DNA of 63,134 nucleotides, counting the filler, from Octopus bimaculoides (lineage: Eukaryota): assembly GCF_001194135.2 (NCBI RefSeq). It is 7 parts of 7 records of this genome, joined end to end, with 100 filler letters (N's around TTAATTAATTAA, not from the genome) between each part and the next. Parts side by side here need not be neighbours in the genome. Positions count along the whole stretch, not along the records: positions 47,284 to 55,522 come from NC_068999.1; positions 55,623 to 58,567 come from NC_069000.1; positions 58,668 to 63,134 come from NC_068986.1; 4 more parts are not named here. The stretch is one strand, 5' to 3'. How positions within the stretch are numbered: position 1 is the stretch's first letter; every line of letters begins with the position of its first letter. The position numbers and the translations under genes are program-made. The notes under the pieces are model-generated. The model was not told where the DNA came from. It did no database searches and saw nothing but the letters and a program-made list of their open reading frames with translations. This document shows, piece by piece, positions 52,983 through 63,134 of this stretch.

Positions 52983-53402
52983 CCTTTACCTTGAAAATAT
53001 TTGTTTATGTGTACTCTACTGAAAAGTACTGAGTGATCTATCAGCTTAATGGTAAATTGATTTTGTACATAACATCACATAAAAACAAGCATTAATACAC
53101 ACATACACGCACACACACACACATAATTTTGTGCGTGTATAGAAAGGAGGTGGAAAGCGTCAGATACTCATTCAAAATCTTTTAGTTTACAAACCAACCA
53201 TTATATATGTGGCCACCCAAGAGCATCAATCAAGAATTGACAGCTATTCATACATAGGTGTACATATGTACGCACGTACACCCGTGCATATATGCATAAT
53301 TACATATCACATAAAGAACTTTTAAAATACTTGCGTTCTTTACAGAGAAAAACAGACAAGGCACTTTGTGCGTGTAACAGTAATTAAAATTGTAAGCGGA
53401 AC

Positions 53403-53408
53403 AATAAA
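53403..53408 (+). terminator. Possible polyadenylation signal for the receptor transcript
   Basis: An AATAAA downstream of the stop. The hexamer is common in AT-rich DNA. Confidence 0.2.
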
Positions 53409-54609
53409 AGTATGTAAGATTTTTTTAAACATTCATGTGTCTCTACAGAATTATCTTTGTTTAAATTCTGTAGCAAGACCATAACACAGACTGTTTTAGT
53501 TTAACAATGAATTTCAAGAAAACATATCGGATACTTTTATTCATACAGACAAGAGAAAGCAAATTTGCAAAACTGTTTTGAAATATTTGTTTTTTGACAT
53601 TTGGCGAAAGAATGAGATCTGAATGCGCTAGAAGTTGCTTTATTAATCATTTCATTTTCTTTGTAAACGTAAATTCTGGTAAAATACGAAACAAAATAAC
53701 AAAGGGTTGTATATACACAGAGAGAAACAATACCGGAAAACGTTGCGTTTCTTCGCCAGAGACATGTATGGAGAAAAAATTTCACATTAATCACTCAACG
53801 CTCAACGTCCATTTTAGTCTAAAATCTGCAAAACGAAGAAGAAAACAAAGAAAAAAGAAGAGAAGAAACAGCAGCCGCAACTCCCTCAAATCACACCCCG
53901 CAGTCCTTACATAAGGAAATATAAACCGAGACGAAAGTCATTGGAATGTATAGTCTTACATTAACAAAACAGCAGCGTGTAGACAATTTGAAGCTCTTTC
54001 ATTTCTCATATGGATGAAACCTTTTAGTTTTGTGTCTGTTGAATCGGCGCTAACTTGGTTTTCAGAATCAACAGCACCATGTGGGGACACTGGAATGGTT
54101 TGTCAAGAAAATTCTGAATATCAGCATGTTCTTTGTATTCTACATGTAATATTTACCATCGACCATGTCCTGACGACATGGTAAAAACTCACACAAGTAA
54201 TGAAAGTATGAAAAAAAATCACAACAGTAACTTATAGACATACGTTCATACATACCTATGTATGTGTGTAATGCACACACACATACACACACACACACAT
54301 ACACACACGTGTGCGCGCATACATATAAGGATAATATACTTCGTCGAATTTAGCTAACATTCTCGCTCTTTGTCACGCTGAGGCTGAGTTCGTATATGTT
54401 GGATAGCAAACGTACATTTTATACGTACAAATAGGCTTCGTGGGTATATATTGGTATGTAAGAGACATCAATTCTTGTGTAAATTGGACTGTACACATTA
54501 TTCAGTCATTCACTCATTTCCATATTTATTTATTTATTCACACTTATTCACCTTCATAGATGAAAATATATTTGAATAATTCAAACGTTAAAACAGCATA
54601 CACATTGAT

Positions 54610-54641
<32 letters not shown>

Positions 54642-54751
54642 ATGTATGTAAGTATGTATGTGTTTATATATATATATATATATATNNNNNNNNNNTCACC
54701 GGTCCAACATGACGAGATGACTGGAAAAAAAAGAAGTTGAATGAAAGAGAG

Positions 54752-54815
<64 letters not shown>

Positions 54816-55045
54816 TAGTAAAGGTACTGGTGACCCCAACGAACTAAGGTGCGCAAGCGTGTGTGTGTATGTGAGAATGGTGAGAGTGAGTGCGTATGTG
54901 TGAATGGGAGCGAGTGAGTCTAACGTGTGTGTGTTTTGTGTGTAACAGTTGATATGTGATTTTTACGAGTATATGTACATATACATGCATATATGTACGC
55001 ATATATGTACGTATATATGCATATAATACATACACACAAACTTAC

Positions 55046-55108
<63 letters not shown>

Positions 55109-56061
55109 GCACACATATATATATATATATATATATACATACATACAAGCACACATCCGCAAACAAATGTATATAGTCACATAATAACGTGCATATAAGT
55201 GGAGGGCACCGCTTCTCTGAGTCTTATAATTCATCATGTATCTTTACTCCCCCACCCCACACGCACATTTGTCCACACATATACACACACATATACATAT
55301 GCATGCATGCTCAAAACACAAATACACTTGTTTACATACACATACATAGATATTCACTATTATTTATTGTTTAACTGTTTAATTATTTAAATCCAATACT
55401 TAATAACTAAACAAACTAGGAAATAACAAAAGCAACGAATCAACAAACAAACAAACAAACAAACAAGCAGCAAAAAATTGTGCTTCTTAACAAATTTTTG
55501 AAATTTAATTTGACAATTTAACNNNNNNNNNNNNNNNNNNNNNNNNNNNNNNNNNNNNNNNNNNNNTTAATTAATTAANNNNNNNNNNNNNNNNNNNNNN
55601 NNNNNNNNNNNNNNNNNNNNNNCCCTCCCTCTCTCTCTCTTTTCCTTCACTCGTTATTTTCTCCTTCACCATTAACATCTCCTAAATATCACCCCACCCC
55701 CATGCAATCACCACCACCACCACCACCACCACCACCGCCGCCGCCGCCGCCGCCGCCGCCGCATCATACTTAATGTATATACACCGTTGATAGGCCAATC
55801 ACTGCAGTATTTGTCCTAAGATAACATCTTATCGCTATGCTATGTTAAAAAATAAATATCAGATGAGGAAAAAATCCTCTCCACCGACACCAGCCAGTGA
55901 GTGCACCATTAATTATGATACATAGGTGGCTATTTTAATTCAATTCTGCTTCAATTGCATATATGGGATTTTTATTCAGTCGTGCGGTTATTCGCAAAAT
56001 CAGTGAACGGGTTATTCATTGTAGCCTATAACATCAAGGCATGTGGCTGGTTGCTAGTATA

Positions 56062-56103
56062 CATCATTGAAGAAGCCCCCCAAAAGCCGAAATGCATCTG
56101 GTG
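56062..56103 (+). ncRNA. Minimal type-I hammerhead-like motif (family H1)
   Basis: CATCA-TTGAAGA-AGCCCCCCAAAAGCC-GAAA-TGCA-TC-TGGTG. Stem I CATCA/TGGTG, palindromic ATGCAT stem III, AUC triplet, weak stem II. Confidence 0.5.
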
Positions 56104-56279
56104 TTCTCACTGGCTGCTGGGGGAGAGGTCATGAAATACTTCGCCCATCCGTAATAGAGGTTATATCAGGACGAATGGTGCAGCAGCTGGCCTATCAACG
56201 CTGTATATGCTTTAAGTATGGTCTATAGATGGGCATACATACGTACATGCAAATATACAAGCATTGATGCATACATATG

Positions 56280-56478
56280 TATTCTTTTATTCTTTTACTT
56301 GTTTCAGTCATTTGACTGCGGCCAAGCTTGAGCATCGCATTGAAGGGTTTTTAGTCGACGCCTGGACTTATTTTTAAGCCTAGTGCGTATTCTATCGGCC
56401 TCTTTTGCTGTTACGAGGACATGAATACAGAAACACCGGTTGTCAAGCAGTGATGTGGGGACAAACACAAACGCAAAG

Positions 56479-56509
<31 letters not shown>

Positions 56510-56672
56510 AGACGGGCTTCTTTCAGTTTCCGTCTACCAAATCCACTCACAAGGCTTTGGTCGACCCGAGGCTACAGTAGAAGACTCTTGTCCAAGGTGC
56601 CACGTAGTGGGACGGAACCCAGAACCATGTAGTTGGGAAGCAAGCTTCTACCACACAGCCACACATGTGCCT
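56280..56672 (-). mobile_element. SINE family A
   Basis: Full reverse-complement copy with an internal (CA)n. Confidence 0.85.
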
Positions 56673-56890
56673 ATATGTAATTACGGTAATAACATCGCTA
56701 AGCAGTGTTTAAGCATAAGCGAACTTTGGGTTAGTTAAAATATGTTTGTGACATATTTCAACAGTTCAAGGCAAATTCACTAGTTTCCGTGGAGAAAAAA
56801 TTCTCTCTTATGCTAAAAAAAAAAAAAGGTGTAAAAACATCATATCTGTCCAGTGCTGCCACCTGTCGGATTCCCTAACATCGATGTTTC

Positions 56891-57099
56891 TATTGGGTTG
56901 GTGCATAATTATTGCGGCTTTTTTTCAACAAATTTTATTCAACAAAAACAATAACATGTGACAAAAACATCTTTAAGTGATTATTCCGGAGCATATTCAC
57001 CATCCACTTCAATTACTGCTTCCCATTTGCTTGACAGACGGCCAGACTGTCATTTAAAGATGTTTTGGTTAAATATTGTTATTATTTTTGTTGAATTAA
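56891..57099 (-). mobile_element. mariner 3' end remnant with TIR, cut by a gap
   Basis: Minus translation ...RLSSKWEAVIEVDGEYAPE* and TATTGGGTTGGTGCATAA terminus. Confidence 0.75.
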
Positions 57100-57955
57100 N
57101 NNNNNNNNNNNNNNNNNNNNNNNNNNNNNNNNNNNNNNNNNNNNNNNNNNNNNNNNNNNNNNNNNNNNNNNNNNNNNNNNNNNNNNNNNNNNNNNNNNNN
57201 NNNNNNNNNNNNNNNNNNNNNNNNNNNNNNNNNNNNNNNNNNNNNNNNNNNNNNNNNNNNNNNNNNNNNNNNNNNNNNNNNNNNNNNNNNNNNNNNNNNN
57301 NNNNNNNNNNNNNNNNNNNNNNNNNNNNNNNNNNNNNNNNNNNNNNNNNNNNNNNNNNNNNNNNNNNNNNNNNNNNNNNNNNNNNNNNNNNNNNNNNNNN
57401 NNNNNNNNNNNNNNNNNNNNNNNNNNNNNNNNNNNNNNNNNNNNNNNNNNNNNNNNNNNNNNNNNNNNNNNNNNNNNNNNNNNNNNNNNNNNNNNNNNNN
57501 NNNNNNNNNNNNNNNNNNNNNNNNNNNNNNNNNNNNNNNNNNNNNNNNNNNNNNNNNNNNNNNNNNNNNNNNNNNNNNNNNNNNNNNNNNNNNNNNNNNN
57601 NNNNNNNNNNNNNNNNNNNNNNNNNNNNNNNNNNNNNNNNNNNNNNNNNNNNNNNNNNNNNNNNNNNNNNNNNNNNNNNNNNNNNNNNNNNNNNNNNNNN
57701 NNNNNNNNNNNNNNNNNNNNNNNNNNNNNNNNNNNNNNNNNNNNNNNNNNNNNNNNNNNNNNNNNNNNNNNNNNNNNNNNNNNNNNNNNNNNNNNNNNNN
57801 NNNNNNNNNNNNNNNNNNNNNNNNNNNNNNNNNNNNNNNNNNNNNNNNNNNNNNNTATATATAATTTAACAAAAACACAACAAACGGAAACATTTACAAG
57901 AGCATAAACCGAAAATTCGTTGCTAATTCCTCATCAATTAACGTGAAAAAGATCA

Positions 57956-58015
<60 letters not shown>

Positions 58016-58667
58016 TCAGACACACACACATACACATTCTCTTACTGGTTTCAATCATTTAACTGTCATGCTATGACGCTGTTTTCAAGGATTTAGTCAA
58101 CCACATCGCCTGTCTATACGTGTATAACATGTGTGTGTTAGTGTATTTGAGTGTGCATGTGTAGCGGTATGTATATATAATTGTAGATATTTTTTCATTC
58201 TGGAAAAATTCACGAAAAATATGTTTAAAAAAAAACCCCACGAAGGCAACGACACACTGTATTCTCCAGACACTCATAAACATAAAATGAACACACATAC
58301 ACAGATGCGGACTCAATGCATGTAATATCTGAACTAATTGGAGATCGTTTAATGATTTCACACACATATATATTCGTAATTATGCAATTATATGTGCCTC
58401 TATATTTATATCAGGGGTATATGTGTGTGTGTGTGTGTGTGTGTGAATGTTTGTACGAACATATGTACACACAAGTTACATAAGTATAAAACGAGGTGGA
58501 AAAATACTTCTCGAATACCACACAAATATACATACATATATACATACATACATATATATATATATATNNNNNNNNNNNNNNNNNNNNNNNNNNNNNNNNN
58601 NNNNNNNNNNNTTAATTAATTAANNNNNNNNNNNNNNNNNNNNNNNNNNNNNNNNNNNNNNNNNNNN

Positions 58668-59348
58668 AGACCAAAATCCAAGGCCTCGCCCAGGGATATA
58701 GCCAGCCCACTTATGCGTAACATTCCTTCTTTGGACACTAAACTCCGCTTGCAAAGACCTGTTGAGGCAAGTGAAATCGAAATTGAACTAAATTTGTAGA
58801 CTGGCACCCATGCCAATGTCTTCATTGAACACTAAACTTGGCTTGCGAAGACCTGTTGGGGCAAGCGAAAGCAAAATTGTGATGGCACCAGTACCAGTAA
58901 ATCACTAAGACCACCGTCCGAGCGTGATCGTTGCCAGAGCACCAGCTGTCTGGTTTTTGTGCTGGTGGCATGTAAATAGCACTATTTGAGCGTAACCGTT
59001 ACCAACGTCGCCTTCCTGGCACTTGTGCCAGTGGCACATGAAAAGAGATTCGAGCGAGTTCATTGCCAATCTCGCTGGACTGGCTCCTGTGCAGGTGACA
59101 TGTAAAATACACCATTTCGAGCGTGGCCGTTGAAAGTACCTCCTGACTGGTCTTCATGCTGGTGGCACGTAAAAGCACCCACTACACTCTCTGAGTGGTT
59201 GGCGTTAGGAAGGGCATCCAGCTGTAGAAACTCTGCCAAATCAGATTGGAGCCTGGTGTAGCCATCTGGTTCACCAGTCCTCAGTCAAATCGTCCAACCC
59301 ATGCTAGCATGGAAAGCGGACGTTGAACGATGATGATGATGATGATGA
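58668..59348 (+). mobile_element. Family C RTE-related tail with several internal tandem units
   Basis: Repeated GGTGGCAC.TAAAAGCACC units. Ends GGAAAGCGGACGTTGAACGATGATGATG. Confidence 0.8.
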
Positions 59349-60235
59349 TATATATATATATATATAATCCAAGAGAGTTAGGGGTTGTGAATCCAACCCA
59401 CTAAGGGATAATATCTATCCAACATACTGCTGGGAGGGTACCCAATTATCATTACACTAGTGTTTTTACCAAGTGTAATAAGTGGGTGTGGGTAAAAGGA
59501 GGTCTTACCCTAAAAGGAGGTTTTACTATTTTTTTATATAGCAATAAGAAAATGGAGGGAAATATGTGGTACTCATCAACTTTCAGACACTGTACTATGT
59601 TAATTAACCTATTTATTTTTCAACCAAAAGGACAATAAAGACAATATACAAACACATATGACACACTATGTCATATCAATAATTAAAAATTAAGAAGTCT
59701 TACAGCTGATAACATGTAGGTATACTTTATATATGTAGGAGTTTTAGTAAGTAATCTAAGACTGTATTATAGACATAATCTTAGCGTTTAATGACAACAT
59801 ACCATGAAGAGCAATACAAGCAGTCTTATAGTATTACTATGTTATTGTTTTGTTTTGTTACTTTACCCGTTATTGTAGTGTGGTAGTGTATGTGTATACA
59901 TACGAATATTTATTTGTATCTGCATATAAACTTCTTAATTTATTTAATCTTTGTATTATTTATACACACTCCATCTATATAAATATATACAGGCATGTGA
60001 GGGTGTATGTATACGTATGTGTGCACGTATATAAATATATAAATGCACATGTATGTGTGCATTTAATATAGGTGTTTGCAGGCCACCCAAAAATATAGGT
60101 GTTTGCAGGCCCCCAAAAAAGCATTAAATAGCTGAAGGATTAAAATAGATCAAAGGAGCTACTAAGTATGTCTACCTGCTGGAAATAACAGTCAAAACTC
60201 TTATTTAAATTGCCAAAATACACTGATGATAACTA

Positions 60236-60488
60236 CAGAAATCAACCGTCTGAAAGCAAATGGGCCAAGACAATCTCTCAACATACATTCAAGTATTTGG
60301 ACTTATGTCGACCGGTTTCTACACTGGCAAAAATAGCCTCAGCACACGTTACCATGATAGAGACACCCCAAACTATCATGTTGAAGTCTGTGCTGCAACA
60401 GATTCGTTTTGCACCATGTGAGTGCCAATGTTTGAATCTATGCTGGGAGATTGTCTTGGCCCATTTGTCTTCAGACGGTTGATTTCTG
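60236..60488. mobile_element. Tc1/mariner-type MITE (62-bp inverted arms including flanks, TA at both ends)
   Basis: 60231-60292 versus 60432-60493, 5 mismatches. TA|CAGAAATC...GATTTCTG|TA. Confidence 0.65.
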
Positions 60489-60589
60489 TAGTTTTCAAAC
60501 TTTATAGTCATATCTGCACCCACTGAAGAACAAAAATAACAAAAAAACTTTTTTCTTCTTCCTCTCTTTTCAATGCAGAGTTCTGAGTG

Positions 60590-60850
60590 AGCATCACAGC
60601 TGACTGGCCAACATGGAGGGCACCCTGAATGAAAACCTCGAGTCAGAGGAAAAGTGGTTAATGAGCATGGCAGCAGACAAGCAAGCCTGGAAAAAGGAGC
60701 ATAGTAACTCCAACAAGCCTAAAACTGTATGCAAATGTGCTTTATGTGACAGAGACTGTCACTCATGTATAAACCTGTTTAGCCACCAGAGATACTGCTT
60801 CAGCTGAGGTGAAAATAGCAAGGATACTACACATCATCAGCTCTAACCAA
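60590..60850 (+). pseudogene. RTE LINE ORF2 C-terminal remnant
   Basis: ...CKCALCDRDCHSCINLFSHQRYC* resembles the RTE terminal C..C.R.C.S.IGL.SH...C motif. Confidence 0.75.
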
Positions 60851-60869
60851 AGGAGCCCCTATGAATATA

Positions 60870-61040
60870 TATGTATATACACAATAGGCTTGTATCAGTT
60901 TTTGCCCTCCAAATCCACTCACAAGGGTTTGGTCAGCCTGAGGCTAAAGTAAAAGACACTTGCCCAAGGTGCCATGCAGTGGGACTGAACCCAGAACCAT
61001 GTGGTTGAGAAGCAGGCTTCTTACCAATCAGCAATGCCTA
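60870..61040 (-). mobile_element. SINE family A head
   Basis: CCAAATCCACTCACAAGG...CCCAAGGTGCCATGCAGTGGGACTGAACCC. Confidence 0.8.
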
Positions 61041-61143
61041 TGCCTAATTATGATTTTATTCAACATATTCCTGTCTCAGATTCACATTTATTGCAGTGGT
61101 CTTTCAGTTTTTCTAAGTCCTGCAAAAGAACTTGGAAGATATA

Positions 61144-61249
61144 TATGAGGTACTGAAAAGTTCCTGGCTTTAAGTGTTTCACAAAAGGCCTGGTTGGAAC
61201 CAGGCCTTTTGGGAAACACTTAAAGCCAGGAACTTTTCAGCACCTTATA
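61144..61249. mobile_element. Fully palindromic mariner-derived MITE (about 105 bp)
   Basis: TGAGGTACTGAAAAGTTCCTGGCTTTAAGTGTTTC.CAAAAGGCCTGG-TTGGAA-CCAGGCCTTTTG.GAAACACTTAAAGCCAGGAACTTTTCAGCACCTTA, in TA context. Confidence 0.75.
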
Positions 61250-62368
61250 TATATTTTTTGTATCATCTGTCTGGATGTTTTGCGTTCTTGTCCCATTTTT
61301 TGTATTCCTTTTCAAATACATATGGCGGCGTATGTACACTTTGGTTTCTTATATGTAAGTACATATATTTATATATATAAATTTTGTACGACACTCTTAT
61401 TCTTTCTTTCTTTCTATCAGCCCCTTCACACTTACTTCATTCTTTCCACTCTTCTTTCTTTCATTCCCCTTCTCTCATATTTCCTGTCTTTCTCTTCATT
61501 CTCACCTTCCCTCATCTTTCATTTTACTCTGTCCCTTTTTTTCTCGCCCCTCCCTAATTTTTCTATTCCTCTGCCTCTATCTCTCTCCTCTCTCTCCACA
61601 TGATCAGTGTTCAGCCAAACCTGACTTTTATTTCTTGGTTTGACTACCATCCATGCAACTTCTATATTCCTCTCTATGCCTGTCATCTCTTATGTCCCTG
61701 CCATAAGGCTTCACTTCTACACATGCCAGCTTAATTTAATTCGTCCTTGGTCGAAAAACACCTGTTGTAATATCCTGTTATTTGCATTTGTATTTGTGCA
61801 CCATTTCTCCGTGTTTTTTCTGTCCTTGTTTTTGTATACATTCGCTGCTTTCTTCCAAGGAATCTAGTGCTCTTAGCATAATTTTTCTTTGGGGCTAGCC
61901 AGATTGGAGCAATCTCGAGTATAACCAGCTGAAATTGCAAAGATAATCTGGAACCTGACTGAGGGAAGAAAACTCCTGTGTCCTTCTTTGCCATGTTCAT
62001 TTAGAAAAAAGTTTTAAAAAACCAAGAAAAAAGAAAGAAAAGAAGGAAAAAAGACAGTTCACAAACACAGCGAACACAATTCTAGCCAGCTGGTACTCCT
62101 GGCCAACTGGTACTCTACAGCAACAGGAACACAACTCCACAAATTTCACCAAAAATTGGTGAAAAAAATTCCACAATTTTTTGGAGGTGGGATATGCCCC
62201 CAAAGAAACACTCTTCTCACAGCTAAGTGAGACACTTAGTGCAACTACAGGCAGACAAATGTCCAGAATCCAGTAGGGATTTCTTGTTTGAAAAAATAAA
62301 CAACAAACAACAAACCCCCACTGAATCCCAAAAAACAAATACCTTACCTTATAGTTGCACTTCAACAG

Positions 62369-62501
62369 TTCACAACGCTGCACATCAACATCGTGAAAGG
62401 AAAACACTTAACATCATCATCATCGTTTAATGTCCGCTGATGATGTTAAGTGTTTTCCTTTCACTGAATGGTGTCACGATGTTGATGTGCAGCGTTGTGA
62501 A
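62369..62501. repeat. Fold-back inverted duplication
   Basis: TTCACAACGCTGCACATCAACATCGTGA-AAGGAAAACACTTAACATCATCA pairs with 62438-62501. The right arm has a roughly 13-nt insertion. Confidence 0.9.
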
Positions 62502-63095
62502 TAAATAACTAAAAAATTACATTTAATTGATTAGCCCTTTATTATGATAAATTCTATTAATTAGCACTACAAACATAATTGTCATAAATTATTATGATTA
62601 ATCTAAAACATTATTGTATCTTCACCCCTTCTCCAACTAAAACCCATTGGTGTATCCCACTATCATTTTCTTTTATTATCATTTATCCATCCTACCCTGC
62701 CCCCGTACAATGGAGTAATCCACCAATTGCTATTTTAAGCTTGGTCATTTACTTAAAGTCCCCAAAAAATACACAAGCAAAATTGCATGATTACAACCAT
62801 ATTCAACTTTTACCTTTTTCTTCTCTATGCTCTTCTTCTTTATTTATTCTTCACCTTGATGAAGCTCCATGTTTCAGATCGGTTTTATTATCAAATATGA
62901 TAAATATTTTTAGCATACTAATGGCAGTACCATACAACATTGGAAGCAGAAACATGTGCTTGATTGGATGGAGTCTATTTGTATTGAATTAATAAATAAT
63001 AATTGATATAAGCCAATTGTTGTTCATCATATTACTCAATTTCTGTTTTCTTTAAATTTTATATCTATTTGTTTATAAGTATATATATGTATATA

Positions 63096-63134
<39 letters not shown>

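Noticed and set aside
58860-59180. Regularly spaced repeats resembling a CRISPR array
   Set aside because: The units are internal tandem repeats of a eukaryotic retro-tail with similar spacers. No cas genes.
60210-60523. Overlapping opposite-strand ORFs with near-identical N-termini (NYRNQPSE.KWAKTISQH)
   Set aside because: A consequence of the MITE's inverted arms.

Overview
AT-rich, repeat-dominated eukaryotic genomic DNA with many assembly gaps. The SINE/RTE repeat set and dense TA/CA/GATA microsatellites point to an octopus (inference). The only well-supported host gene is a + strand NR2E-subfamily nuclear receptor (PNR/dissatisfaction/tailless-like). Its last two ligand-binding-domain exons (50017-50269, 52291-52538) have canonical AG/GT junctions and join in phase. 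I could not find its DNA-binding-domain or helix-3 exons in readable sequence. The rest is tRNA-derived SINEs, decayed LINEs (RTE, CR1-like, Penelope-like, R4-like) and Tc1/mariner, hAT and Helitron/Helentron remnants and MITEs. Most notable non-coding signals: (1) two families of minimal type-I hammerhead-ribozyme-like motifs, including a short palindromic element with two outward-facing hammerheads (17029-17110, and 52894-52982 just downstream of the receptor stop); (2) long hairpins, one with perfect 95-bp arms (16204-16410) and one with a G.U-biased mismatch pattern (6383-6660); (3) a mariner with an apparent internal inversion and a 66% GC insert. Almost all ORFs in the track are microsatellite or gap artefacts. 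No rRNA, true tRNA or CRISPR array was seen. All alignments were by eye and repeat boundaries are approximate.
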